This document shows positions 28,502 through 41,708 of a stretch of 64,000 nt of DNA, piece after piece. Position numbers and translations under genes: made by a program. The notes beneath the pieces were generated by a model. That model worked only from the letters and a program-made list of their open reading frames with translations. It did not search any database and had not been told where the DNA came from. Location of the stretch: assembly GCF_006345805.1 (NCBI RefSeq), contig NC_043012.1, forward strand, positions 37,448,001-37,512,000, read 5' to 3'. This DNA is from Octopus sinensis (Eukaryota). Numbering within the stretch: position 1 is the first letter of the stretch; each line of letters begins with the position of its first letter.

Positions 28502-28669
28502 GAGACTTGTTGTCACCAAACCTTAAGATAACATTCGTGTTCGTTGAATTGGCATTTAATAGCTTTATAGTAAAAATAAAAACAACAAGAATAATAATAA
28601 GAGGAAGAAGAAAATGAAGAAAGAGAAGGAGAAAAAGGAGAAGATGATCGGAAGAAAATTAATAGTCAC

Positions 28670-28747
28670 CTCTTCAAAATTGCTGTTGATTGCTGTGTCT
28701 AGAATACACTGGCAGTGAGTCTTGTACATCATAATGAACGTTTCCAC
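28670..28747 (-). CDS. RFX6: RFX6-like exon (exon 8 equivalent), domain B
   Basis: Acceptor ttattacctttcag|g, weak donor gag|gtgact, 78 nt, phase 0 to 0. [26 protein letters not shown]. Confidence 0.95.
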
Positions 28748-28823
28748 CTGAAAGGTAATAAAGAAATCAGCAAATAAATAAATAAATAAATAGATAATAA
28801 TAATAATAATAATAATAATAATA

Positions 28824-29092
28824 GTGGAACCTGAAAACAGAAACAATTCCTATCATAGTAGGCGCATTAGGCATGATAAAAAAATATTCAGACAAATATA
28901 TAACAAAAACACCAGGACTTACAAACACATATAACATACAGAAAATTGCACTACTAGGCACTGCACACATCCTACGCAGAACACTTTCCATACAATAACC
29001 ATCAGAGCATCACAACAAATCACAGCACATACCCAAGGCACACAGAGCTGCGCTCGGTAGTGAAGTGAAAGCACGCTATAAAAATAAAACTA

Positions 29093-29095
<3 letters not shown>
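28824..29095 (+). mobile_element. 5'-truncated copy (272 bp) of the same Dong element, inside (TAA)n
   Basis: Reverse complement of 5487-5758 with 3 substitutions seen by eye; (AAT)n on both sides. Confidence 0.95.
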
Positions 29096-29158
<63 letters not shown>

Positions 29159-31238
29159 GGTTTCAAAATAATGGTTCAAGTTAAGTAGCTTTAGGAGAAA
29201 AGTGCCCAGTGCTTGATTGATACTTTATTTTATCGATTCCGAAAGGATGATGGGCAAAATCAACCTCAGCGGGATTTGAACTCTGAATGTGAAGAACCAG
29301 AATAAATACCGCTTATCATTTTTTTATGGATACTGTAACAGTTCTGCCAACTCCACCGTCCCAACAGAACTGGGCCTCATCCGAGATTCGAACCTGGACT
29401 GCTAGTATCCAAAGCGAGAATCAAGTCGCCATAGTAACAACAATAACAAAAGCAGTAGCAGCAACAATAACAATCTAATGAGCTGTGTACTGATCGAAGG
29501 TTATTAAATGAGGAAGAGAAATTTAGCTGTTGGCTGGTTAGATTAGAGGAAGGCCTACGACCAATCTCGCACACTCCTGGCGGCACATATCAACAACAAC
29601 GACGACAACAGCTGCAGCAGTGGAGGCGCAATGGCCCAGTGGTTAGGGCAGCGGACTCGCGGTCGTAAGAACGCGGTTTCGATTCCCACCCCGAGCATTG
29701 TGAGTGTTTATTGAGAAAAACACCTAAGCTCCACGAAACTCCGGCGTGGTGGAGGACTGGGTGAATCCCGCTGTACTCTTTCACTACAACTTTCTCTCAC
29801 TCTTTCTTCCTACTTCTGCCACAAAGTAGAGGAACCATGGCGTAACCCACTATGGTGTGGCAAACTTTCAGACCCTAGTCTAGATTGCGAATCCTCTGTA
29901 CCCCAGGATGGTTCAGCTCTCCACCCGTTAAAAGCCACCGTTTACGGAATGAGGATAACAACGTAGCTTTCGCGCCCGTGCAACCGCCAGTCTATCGCGT
30001 ATGGTGGGTGGATCTTCAAGTAACTTAGAGTAGGCTCGAATTAGAGATTATTCTTTGTGGCTAATGGTGTGAGTCCTGATTGGAAGAAGAACAGCAGCAG
30101 CAACAGCCAACAGCAACAACAACAATAATTGTTATTGTTCGCAAGGGCGAAAGCCGTTTAGGTAAATAGAACGAAGTAAACACCATCGATGGATTAATAA
30201 GTAACCAACAAAAATAATGATCATGAGAATATTTAAAAAAATAATATTCCCAGTATAGGAGAAAACCACCAAGCGTATTTCGCGGAAAGCCCCCACCACA
30301 AAGGTCCAGATTGTTCCGCAATATCCAAGGTATTTATGATGCTGATGAACTACAGCGAGCAGGAATGAAAGAAATAAATGGTAAAGAGAGTAGAGCAGAA
30401 GAGTAAAGGAGAAGAGTGAAGCAAAAGATTCAGAAAAGGGGGAAAAAAAGGAAAAAGGAAAAAATACATTGAATACTATGCTAACAATAATAGGCTTACA
30501 ATTATATATTTCTTTACTACCCACAAGGGGCTAAACACAGAGAGGACAAACAAACGGATTAAGTCGATTATATCGACCCCAGTGCGTAACTGGTACTTAT
30601 TTAATCGACCCCGAAAGGATGAAAGGTAAAGTCGACCTCGGCGGAATTTGAACTCACAACGTAGCGGCAGACGAAATATGGCTACGCATTTCGCCCGGCG
30701 TGCTAACGTCTCTGCCAGCTCGCCGCCTATAGGCTAACAATTATAGGCACAGGTATGGCTGTGTGGTAAGTAGCTTGATTACCAACCACATGGTCCCGGG
30801 TTCAGTCCCACTGCAGATCAACTGGGTCAACATTTTGTCCGGCACGGTTCCGCCAGCTCACCGTCTCAACAGCCATCGTCTACTAAAATATCTCAGCTCC
30901 CACAATACACCAGAAGAAACCACAAATAAACAGTATAACATAACCAACACAGTCTGTACTTTGCACATCTATCACCTTCACCGAAACCGTTTCACACCAA
31001 GAAGCAATGTATAGTGTAACATAAACAGGCTATACTTTAGACGATTACTTCCCAATGAAATGACACAAGCACACACTCGTACTTAATCGATATGTGACAA
31101 TATTAAATTAACACCAATAACTCACACAACTCACAACTAGACAGCTATCAGACACGATAATATATAACACAATTCACACAGCGCACAGTTTACACAATCA
31201 CCGCCTAGCATTAAATTGAAAACATGATAATAATAGTT

Positions 31239-31269
<31 letters not shown>

Positions 31270-31446
31270 TAATAATAAAAATGATTACCATTTATTGGGC
31301 ACAAGGATTCTACACATAAAATAGTTTACGTTTTATGTCTATTGAAGTATACATCTAAAATTAATGGGGAGGTGGAGGGAAATATGAGACACACAGATGA
31401 ACAGTACATGGTATAATATATATATAAAGAGGAAAACAACTGGTTT

Positions 31447-32008
31447 TAAATCTCTGAGCGAGAAGTAGTAACAGTGCTACAGAGTAAAAGCTATTTGCCA
31501 ATGTAAAGTGGCAGTCCTGGTCAGGACGATGTTACTACCTTTTCTTTAGACCCAGGTAAACCTATTTTCCAGCTGGCTACCGATGCACAGCTGCGTCCTT
31601 ATACCTCGAACAAGGGAGCTAAACGGTACCTGTGGACCATTGTTTCTGGGTTATTTCTCTTCATCGGCACAGCGTAACTGTTGGCTCGAGATGGCAGCAC
31701 TAGGCCTTGCTCGAGGTATATACTTTTATAGTGACACACAGTTACTGATCTCGTAAAGAGGAAAACATTTAGATTTAAATCCCTGAGCGAGAAGTAGTAA
31801 CAGTGCTACAGAGTAAAATCTATTTGCCAACTTAAAGTGGTAGTCCTGGTAAGAGTGAGTGGAGACATAAGCTCCTTTGTTCGGGGTATAAGGACGCAGT
31901 TGTGCGTCGGTAGCCAGATAGAAAAGATGTTTTCCTGGGGCTGAAAAGGAGGTAGTAACATTGTTTCTAACCAGGACTACCAATGTATTGGCAAATAGAT
32001 TTTACTCT
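31447..32008. repeat. Complex foldback: ~140 bp inverted arms plus internal ~75 bp direct repeat
   Basis: 31481-31620 inverted at 31870-32008; 31447-31521 directly repeated at 31776-31850. Confidence 0.75.
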
Positions 32009-32062
32009 CTCTCTTGCCTCTCTCTCCCTCTCTCTCTGCTCTCTCTCTCTCTCTCTCTCTAT

Positions 32063-32107
<45 letters not shown>

Positions 32108-32109
32108 AC

Positions 32110-33230
32110 ATGCAGCACCAACAGCAAGAGAAGAATTAGAATTCTGGGGAGAAGTAAGGACAGGAGAATAATAAGCACAGACGAGATTCCTGAAACCAGA
32201 AAAAGCAGCATCAGAACATTCGATGGAACTCATATCAACTCAAAGAAATATCTCAGATGACAGAATAAAGAAACGATAGAAGACTTCTGACAATGGGAAA
32301 TATCAAATTCCTTGTTGGAATAGTCAACAGGTGTCCATTTTATGCGAGTTAACCATATTTCATAAAGCACTGAAAGAATTGGAAGCAACGGCTGATTGGT
32401 TCCCTGAAGAGAGAAAATCCCTATTTTAATTCTCAACTAGCAAACCTTAAAAACTAAAGACACATAACATGTCTTTCTATGTTTTACAAGACTTTAACGG
32501 AAATAACATCAAAGAAGATAAAGAAATACCTGGAAAATGGAAACTTAATTGTAGAAAGAAACAAAACAAAAAAAAAACAAGAAAAAAAGGGATGTTGCAA
32601 AGACCGAATAGTTATAAGGATCAATGATGGATTAATGAAACCATAACGGAAGAGTGTAGAAGGAGAAAGAAGGGCCTAATTAAGGCATGATTTGGTTTTG
32701 AAGTCATATCTGTTAGTTACACATGGATCCGGGAAATATTAGTAAGATAACAGAAAAAGAGGAAATTATAGGTATTAGTATAATCTTCACTGGAAGAGGA
32801 ACATTACAAAGAGAATAACTTACACCACTTGTTTTGTAGATTGAAGTTCATAGACAATAGAAACACTGCCACAGACAGTACAAGAATTTAATAGATTAAT
32901 TTATATGAGATTAAGATTAGAAAATATGCAAGACTGACTTTTAAGAGAGAAAAACCAAGAACACTAATGCAATGGTAGATAAAGACATGAGGATAAAGTA
33001 ATTAAACTTACAAACACTTAGAAACTAATAAAGATGAGTGCAGTTCTTAAGTGAAAATAAAAGCTAGATTAAAACTTTTAAGAAAGCTAAATACGAAAAA
33101 TAAAATATTAGGAATCAATACTATAGGTGTCCCAGTAATAAATGATAAAATATTCTCAATTGGATACTAAATGAATTGGTACAACTAGGCAGAAAAAAGC
33201 TGGTATCTAATTTACTTACGAGGGAAGCAA
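32110..33230 (+). mobile_element. Old decayed Dong-like RT fragment
   Basis: 33078-33137 reads LRKLNTKNKILGINTIGVPV, similar to LKTELNAKNKIIGINTLAVPV of the full-length copy; remnant of PTAEELEEFW near 32115; many stops. Confidence 0.6.
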
Positions 33231-33528
33231 TTTTGAAGTTAAAGGGATTAGTCGATTACATAGAGCCCAGCACATGACAGTAGTTCATTTTATCAACTCC
33301 AGAGAAATGAATGGTAAAATTGACCGTGGAGTGGTAAAAATAAAAATAAAAGGGACAAATGATGCAAGGCATCGATCCCAGTGTTTCATTGGTACTTAAT
33401 TTATCGACCCCCCGAAAGGATGAAAGGCAAAGTCGACCTCGGTGGAGTCTGAACTGGGGACGTAAAGACGGGCGAAACGCCACTTAGTATTTTGCCCAGC
33501 GTGCTAACGTTTCTGCCAGCTCGCTGCC

Positions 33529-33604
<76 letters not shown>

Positions 33605-33605
<1 letters not shown>

Positions 33606-34160
33606 TGCCCTGATGCAGTACCAGGCAGTGGCTCTCATGGCTTCTGATCTTAACTGATTGGAAGTGTTATCATGTACATTGTTCTGTCTTGGTATAAAAG
33701 ATGGGCTACAGCAAATATTCTGCTCAATACCACAGATTTGCTTGTCAGTTGTTTGACCTTAACCAGTTGAGCATGTCCCTTAGTGACTGACGATATGTGC
33801 ATCTCTGATTACGAGCAGAAGTAGTGGGGGAGCATCATAGCCATGTGTTGAGAGGGATTCTTTGGGGTTTGAATAATTCACCTCTGGAAACATGGGTGTT
33901 TCGTTCAACATCCTTAAACAACCCTTATTCAGGGACATTTTGAGCGGGATGGGTTACTCGACCAGAAGAAAATTCTAACTGGGCCCCACCTGCAAAGTCA
34001 TGTGCTGTTTATCTTGATATGAGATCACCATGTCGCACACATATGGTTGTGATGCATGTGCCTGGTGTACCTTTATCAGACGGGTAGTCATGATGGGTAT
34101 ACTGGGCTTCGTATATTTTACCCCAGTGTCACTTTGATGGCATGCACTGCTCTCTCACTC
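33605..34160. mobile_element. Unclassified ~556 bp non-coding interspersed element inside (AAT)n, copy 2
   Basis: Same sequence and termini as 9809-10344; (AAT)n on both flanks. Confidence 0.85.
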
Positions 34161-34438
34161 AATAATAATAATAATAATCTTTTCTACTCTAGGCACAAGG
34201 CCTGAAATTTTGGGGGAGGGGGCTAGTCGATTTCATCGAGCCCAGTGTTTCATTGGTACTTAATTTATAGACCCCGAAAGGACGACAGGCAAAGTCAACC
34301 TCGGCGGAATTGGAACTCAGAACGTAGCAACAAGCAAAATACCGCTAAGTTTTTCGTCTAGCATGCTAACGACTCTGCCAGTTCGCCGCCTTAATAATAA
34401 TAATAATAATAATAATAATAGTAATAATAATAATAATG

Positions 34439-34517
<79 letters not shown>

Positions 34518-35438
34518 TGATAATAATAGTTTATTAAAAAGCAATATTGATGGATTTATTATGAGGTTGCTGTAAACCAGAAATATTCATTAAAAAGCGA
34601 TTCCGTATGACATAAAAGCAAGCGAGTTAGAGCGACTCCAGTGGAGAAAAAGAAAGTGAATTATTTGGAAATTTTTAATATAATATGCTTAAAGCTGTCA
34701 CGGCCAGAAGAGCATATTTATTATGAGGAAATAATTAATAACAGTAACAGAAAGAAATTGTCAGAGTCAGCGAGAATAACTAATATTTGTGTAAAGCAAC
34801 AAAAGAAACTGAGAGAAAACAAACAGTTTGCACTGGAAGAATGTTGGACAGCATGAAGATTAGGACAATTGTGATTAATTGGTTGCTTAAATGAACGACT
34901 TAATGAAGCCGAAAAACCAGCGAGTCAGTTAATTAATTGAAAAATAAGGAAACCAATAAACGCACAAAGAACGCAGTATACGTTGAATGAATATGGAGGA
35001 CGAGAAGAATGAAAGTGAAACAATGTTTAGCAAGCGAGCTGTCAGGAGTTATTCAAACAAATGATTGAATTTCTCTGCCCTAAAAGACCGGTAAACAATT
35101 GGCAGCCGAGCCAATGTAGGCTACAAATGTATAAAAAAAGCTGTTGTCTTTATTACTTTTCGGTGCTTCCATACAAGAGAAGAAAGCATTGTAAGAAGAC
35201 AGACGTTCCAGTTAGCGATTTCATATTAGGCAGAAATACAGCTTTAAGTTATTGTTTGAGGAATTTGCATGCCAAATTTAAAGTACAAATTGTATATTAT
35301 GGTGAATTAATACATAGGCAGACAGACAGACTGGCACACGGACATACACCTGTAGTTGAATAATAGAAAATAGATTGAACATTATTTAAAATCACAACAG
35401 TTGTTTCGACACATTTTTACAATACATACATACATACA

Positions 35439-35853
35439 GGCGCAGGAGTGGCTGTGTGGTAAGTAGCTTGTTTACCAACCACATGGTTCCGGGTTCAGTC
35501 CCACTGCGTGGCACCTTGGGCAAGTGCCTTCTACTATAGCTTCGGGCCGACCAAAGCCTTGTGAGTAGATTTGGTAGACGGAAACTGAAAGAAGCCCGTC
35601 GTATATAGTATATATATATATATATATATATATGCGTGTGTGTGTTTGTGTGTCTGTGTGTGTCCCCCTAGCATTGTTTGACAACCGATGCTGGTGTGTT
35701 TATGTCCCCGTTACCTAGCGGTTCGGCAAAAGAGACCGATAGAATAAGTACTGGGCTTACAAAAGAATAAGTCCCAGGGTCGAGTTGCTCGATTAAAGGC
35801 GGTGCTCCAGCATGGCCGCAGTCAAATGACTGAAACAAGTAAAGAGTAAAGAG
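35439..35853 (+). mobile_element. tRNA-derived SINE family A, full-length copy
   Basis: A box tggctgtgtggt, B box ggttcagtccc, body with internal (TA)(TG) tract, tail (aagagta)n. Other copies: 2192-2565(-), 4230-4375(+), 15140-15250(+), 30745-30815(+), 38040-38200(-), 39740-39915(-), 62760-62965(+). Confidence 0.85.
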
Positions 35854-35854
35854 T

Positions 35855-35906
<52 letters not shown>

Positions 35907-35934
35907 ATATATATATATATTATATATATATATA

Positions 35935-36910
35935 TTTTGGTGTCCTGTACACATATATGCGTGTATATGTACATGTAGAGGTAGGTACGTACATATATGT
36001 TTATATATACGCATATGTTCTATTTTATTAACATATTATACGACTAAACGCACGCACCCTATTAAGTAAGATTGTTCTGTTTATCAAGTTAGCCTTGATA
36101 TTAACTCTCACGCGACTCTGCATCTTTCTTTCTTTCTATCCCATTCCCTTTTTCGTCTTTTTTCCCTCACTTAACTTGTCTCTTCCTCTCTCTCTCATTC
36201 TTCATTCTCTCTCTCCCCCTCACCATTCTTCATGGTCTCCTCGCACCATTCCCCTTCTTCTCTCTCTTCCTCTTGCTCCTCCTCCCCCATTCCCGTCGTC
36301 CATCTGCGACGATACTTCCGTCGTAACTGCTATCCTGTCTTTTCTCGCCCGCCTTCTAAGGCCACTGGTCGACATTCCTGCTCTCTCGTCGTCCACTATA
36401 ATCCAGCGTTTGCAATACTTTTTTCGTCTGGCGTAAACAGCCCTTCTTATCTTGTTCTCCTTGTCCTGTCTCTCACTGTTATATATTTATTTCCCACTGT
36501 TTATATATATTTTTTTTACTGTTTATATGTTTGTACTGTCGTTACCGTCTTGCTTGTTTTTTTACCATTTTTTTACCATTTTTTACCCCTCTGCGAAAAG
36601 ATCTCAGAATTTTAATTGATTTGCTTTTCGCAGGAAGGAAGTTTCTTCGAAGATACGTCTCGCTTTTATCCTTCGAAACGTAGAGTAGATGAAACCTTAG
36701 CGACTGAAGAAGGGGATTTTTCGTTGTGCTAATTGTCTTGTATCCCTTTTTTTTGCTTGTCCTGTTCCTTGGTTTGTGTCTATGTTTTTCGTCTCTCTAT
36801 GTGTTCGACGTCTTTTTGGTGTCCTGTACACATATATGCGTGTATATGTACATGTAGAGGTAGGTACGTACATATGTTTATATATACGCATATGTTCTAT
36901 TTTATTAACA
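35935..36910. repeat. ~97 bp direct repeats bracketing a ~780 bp pyrimidine-rich segment (pseudo-LTR-like)
   Basis: 35935-36032 and 36814-36910 differ only by an AT dinucleotide. Confidence 0.7.
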
Positions 36911-36922
36911 CACACACACCAC

Positions 36923-37005
<83 letters not shown>

Positions 37006-37391
37006 TAAATCAACGTCATTAAACATGACTGAGGGTGTTAGAACATGACTCTGTTGCTGCTGTCAACGCACATATAATTCTATACATACATGCCGGCAGC
37101 GACCGTAGATGGCCGGGAACTAACGAATTGTATCGACTTTGCTCACGATGCTTCCGTCTAAAGTTGAACCCTTACAGTATAGAGATATCACAGTTGCCAG
37201 TTTCCGGCCATCTTTCCAGCCATAAAATAGAAGAATAAAGAGCAAAAGTAGTTAGAAGAACACAGACAGGAGAATAAAGTTCAAAGTTCATCTTTTCAGC
37301 TGTGACCTTTATTCTCCGGTCTGTGTTCTTATATCTACTTTTAATCTTTGTTCTAATTTCCTTGTCTAGAGCTTTCATACCTAATCACCTT

Positions 37392-37467
37392 GTCTCTGAT
37401 GGCGGTATAATCAGTGTACGAACATACTAGCCTATCCCTTGGGATGCCCCCGAAACAGCTGTAAGAC
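37392..37467 (+). ncRNA. Decayed hammerhead motif with long stem II
   Basis: gtct-CTGATGG...atgccccc-GAA-ACAGCTGT-A-agac; stem I and palindromic stem III intact, core position 9 altered. A 40 bp inverted repeat lies just upstream (37244-37345). Confidence 0.45.
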
Positions 37468-37630
37468 TTCAGATTTACCTTACTCTAATTAAATTATCAT
37501 AAATGACTTGAGATATTCGTCCTGTCTTGGTTTTTGGTGTCATTTCCTCTAATTTGATTTAGTATTTCTAAATTGAATTTTTTTCCCTGTAAGTTTGGTT
37601 TTATATTCCCTCAAATAATAATTATTATAT

Positions 37631-37684
<54 letters not shown>

Positions 37685-37686
37685 TA

Positions 37687-37721
<35 letters not shown>

Positions 37722-38729
37722 TTTGAAAAACACTGTGGCACTATTTAGTTGTCATGGTCACGGCAAATACTGACCGTATAAATAAAATTATCTAAACTTG
37801 CACTCACAAATTTCCAACTCCCCACTGCTGCAGCGAACTGAACTCGAAATCACGTGGTTGCAGTCTACACACCCATACCTACCCCTATATACACAGACAT
37901 ATATAGAATCATATATACGTTAATATATATACACACATACAAACACGTATCTCTATTTACACAACACTGTAATACGCACATACACGCATACGCTTACACA
38001 CAAGCACGCAAACACGCACATATATCTATATATGCATATATGATGGGCTTCTTTCAGTTTCCGTCAGCCAAATCCACTCATAAGACTTTAGTCGGCCCAG
38101 GGCTTGAGCTAAAGTGGAAGACACTTGCCCACGGTGTCACGCAGTGAGCTTGAGCCCTAAACCATATAATTGGGAAGCAAGCTTCTTACCACACAGCCAC
38201 AAATATTTTTAATGCTAATTTCCACTCCTATTCATCATTACAATCGCTAACATCTTTATTGTCTCCCCTTTTTATTGACCTCTTACAACATCGTTCGCCA
38301 TTTTAGTTTGGCCATATAAAGTCTAAAAAACAAAAAGACTTTCTTTTGTCGCCTTGAGTTCAGTGACAAATGAGATAAAATCATTTCAGAGGACAAGATT
38401 TATTGGTTTATTAATTTAACCCAATGTGTATCCACTCCCAATTTCTCTTGTGTAAATGCAATAAAAATTGTTTGGTATTCTGTATATAAAACGAGTTTTT
38501 TCGATGTCAAATTGAAATGAAATGGAAGTCACTGTGTTTGAACTGAGGAGAAACGGGCGTCGCTCGAAAAAACATCTGTATTTAGTTATTTTATTTATGT
38601 TTAATTTTATTTACAGTGTGATAAAAATCCCATCAGTTAAACCGTGATGATAAATCAACCAGACCTTCCAACTAGATTTGAACGCAAAACTCAGAAGTTT
38701 CCATTTAAGCTTTTCAATAAATATTGTTT

Positions 38730-39370
38730 TCTACTCCAGGCACAAGGCCCGAAATTTTTGGGGAGGGTCCAAGTCAATTAGATCGAACTCAGTACGAACA
38801 AAATACCTATTTCTTTATTACCCACAAGGGGCTAAACACAGAAGGGACAAACAAGGACAGACAAAGGGATTAAGTCGATTACATCGATCCCAGTGCGTAA
38901 CTGGTACTTAATTTATCGACCCCAAAAGGATGAAAGGCAAACTCGACCTCGGCAGAACTCTGAACGTAGCGGTAGACGAAATACCTATTTTTTTACTACC
39001 CACAAGGGGCTAAACACAGTGAGGACAAACAAGGACAGACAAACGGATTAAGTCGATTGTATCGACCCCAGTGCGTAACTGGTACTTAATTTATCGACCC
39101 CGAAAGGATGAAAGGTAAAGTCGACCTCGGCGGAATTCGAACTCAGAACGTAACGGCAGACGAAATACGGCTAAGCATTTCGCCCGGCGTGCTAATGTTT
39201 CTGTCAGCTCGCCGCCTTTTTTCAATAAATATTTGAAGGACAGCGAGGTCGACTTTGCTTTCATCCTTTCGGGGGTCGATAAATTAAGTAACAGTTGCAT
39301 ACTAGGGTTGATCTAATCGACTGCCCCCCCCTCCCTCAAAATGTTCTGCCTTGTGCCTAGAATAGAAAAG
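38730..39370. mobile_element. SINE family B multimer (- strand, 38730-39218) head-to-head with a + strand copy (39240-39370)
   Basis: Repeated ttatcgacccc(g/a)aaaggatgaaagg bodies, followed by the reverse-complement body 20 nt after the head. Confidence 0.8.
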
Positions 39371-40045
39371 GATATACGATAAGAGGGCAATTTGGTAGAA
39401 GGGTTAAGTGCCCCCAAAAGTGCTTTTAAGTATTTCATCAAGAGCTTTACAATCTCGCTGAGTTCGACTTTGCCTTTCAATTCTTTCGGAGGGGGTGGTC
39501 ACTAAAATAAAAGTCCCAAATCAAGTGCTGGGATGGAAGGTGTTAACTAATTCCTACCACTTTATATTGCTGACCTTGTACCTAAACCCCAAAGCAAGAT
39601 ATTCTTTTCTACTCTAGGCACAAGGCCCTAAATTTTTGGGGAGGGGGCCAGTCGATAAGGTCGATCCCGGTACGCATTTTGACCACGGCTACGCATTTTG
39701 CCCGACGTGCTAACGCTTCTGCCAGCTTGCCGCCTTCTGTATTATATATACGACGGGCTTCTTTCAGTTTCTCTCAACCAAATCTATTCAAAGGACTTTG
39801 GTTGACTCGAGTCTATAGCAAAAGTCACTTGCCCCAAGTACCATGCAATAGGACCGAACCCGGAACTATGTATTTGTGAAGCAAGCTTCTTTCTTACCAC
39901 ACAGCCACGCATGCGCCATATTAGATAGTATAACAGTAAGCGAAACCTCAATTTTATGAACATTTAACTGGGATTTGGTCAAAAGAAATCGATATTTTAT
40001 GTGTGTCTGTGTGTTGCAAATGCCTTAATTTGTGTGTGTGTGTGT

Positions 40046-40083
<38 letters not shown>

Positions 40084-40460
40084 GTTGTGCGTGTGTTGTG
40101 CGTGTGTTGTGCGTGTGCGTACGTAGTAGGTGCCTTAAAATGAGTGCGTGTATGTGCGTACATGCGTGTGTCAGTGAGCGGTGAGAGCCTGTTCAATTAG
40201 TGGCCATTTGCAAAGACATGAACATCGCAAAATATTGATGTCTCCTCACCATTGAAACACAGGGTCTGTTTCTTTCTTTCTTTCTGTTTCTTTTTTTTCA
40301 TCTCATAAAGAACGGAACCAATATTTCTTTATGTGTGAAACGAGAGACTCACAGAAGCAGAAGTAAAACCAGTGGAAAAACAAAAAAAAGTTTATTTCAG
40401 ATTTTCCCCCCAACTCGGTTGCTGTCACTGCTTGATTGAAATGGATATAGCCTTTCTTTC

Positions 40461-40879
40461 ATTTGCTTCAGTCATTTGACTGCGGCCACGCTGGAGCACT
40501 TCCTTCAGTCGAACAAATCGACCCCCAGGTCTTATTCTTTGCGAGCTGAGTACTTATTACATCGGTTTCTTTTTGCCGAACCGCTAGATTACAGGGACGC
40601 AAACACGCCAACATCGGTTGTCAAGCGTGGGGGGCGGGTAACAAACACAGAAACACACACACACACACACACATACACACACACACACATACACACACAC
40701 ACACACAGACGAATACGACGGGCTTCTTTCAGTTTCTGTCTATCAAATCCACTCACAAGGCTTTGGTCGGCCCGAGGCTATCGAAGAAGACACTTGTCCA
40801 AGGTGCCACGCAGTGGGACTGAACCCGGAACAATATGGTTGGTAAGCAAGTTACTTACCACGCAGCCACTCCTGCGCCT
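40461..40879 (-). mobile_element. tRNA-derived SINE family A
   Basis: Reverse complement of the 35439-35853 type. Confidence 0.85.
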
Positions 40880-40939
40880 GTATACATATATAAATTACCA
40901 TAAACAGCCGTGTGCAATGCGATACCTTAAAAGAAAAAA

Positions 40940-41220
40940 ATATAATTGCTATTAAGGGCAGATAAGGGTATCAAGACACCTACATTGCTAGAAATAAGAG
41001 CTAAAATACTCTAATGCTGTAGGAAAAGCACATAGATCTATACATATGCGTTCACAGGGATTGCGATTGGTCAAAAACACCTATTCGAGAATTCCTGTTT
41101 CTGGACGAGCGTATGTGTATAGATTTATATGCTTTTCCTACAGCATTAGAGCATTTTAGCTCTTATTTCTAGCAATGTAGGTGTCTTGATACCCTTATCT
41201 AATCCTAATAGCAACTATAT
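40940..41220. mobile_element. Foldback element with ~113 bp arms, same family as the hammerhead-bearing fragment at 53700-53940
   Basis: 40940-41053 inverted at 41107-41220; arm and spacer resemble the reverse complement of 53785-53940. Confidence 0.8.
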
Positions 41221-41222
41221 AT

Positions 41223-41459
41223 CTTTTATCTTTTACTTGTTTCAGTGATTAGACTGCGGCCATGCTGGAGCACCGTTTTGAAGAATTTTTAGTCGAATGT
41301 ATCGATCCCAGTATTTGTCATATTTTTAAAGTCTGGTACTTATTCTATCGGTCCCTTTTGCCGAACCGCTAAGTTACGGGGACGTAAACACACCAACGCT
41401 GGTTGTCAAGCGGTGATGTGGAGGGTGGGTGTTGGACAAGCACAAACACAAAGGCACGT

Positions 41460-41493
<34 letters not shown>

Positions 41494-41659
41494 CTACGAC
41501 GGGCTTCTTTCAGTTTCCGTCTACCAAATCCACTCACAAGGCTTTGGTCGGCCCGAGGCTATTGTAGAAGTCACTTGCCCAAGGTTCCACGCAGTGGGAC
41601 TGAACCCGGAACCATGTGGTTGGGAAGCAAACTTCTTACCACAGAGCCACACCAATGCC
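41223..41659 (-). mobile_element. tRNA-derived SINE family A
   Basis: Reverse complement of the 35439-35853 type. Confidence 0.85.
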
Positions 41660-41665
41660 TATGTG

Positions 41666-41708
<43 letters not shown>

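Noticed and set aside
35240-35350. gcatgccaaattt...gacagacagac motif reminiscent of Helitron/DINE-1-type repeats
   Set aside because: No termini, hairpin or second copy in the window to support a call.
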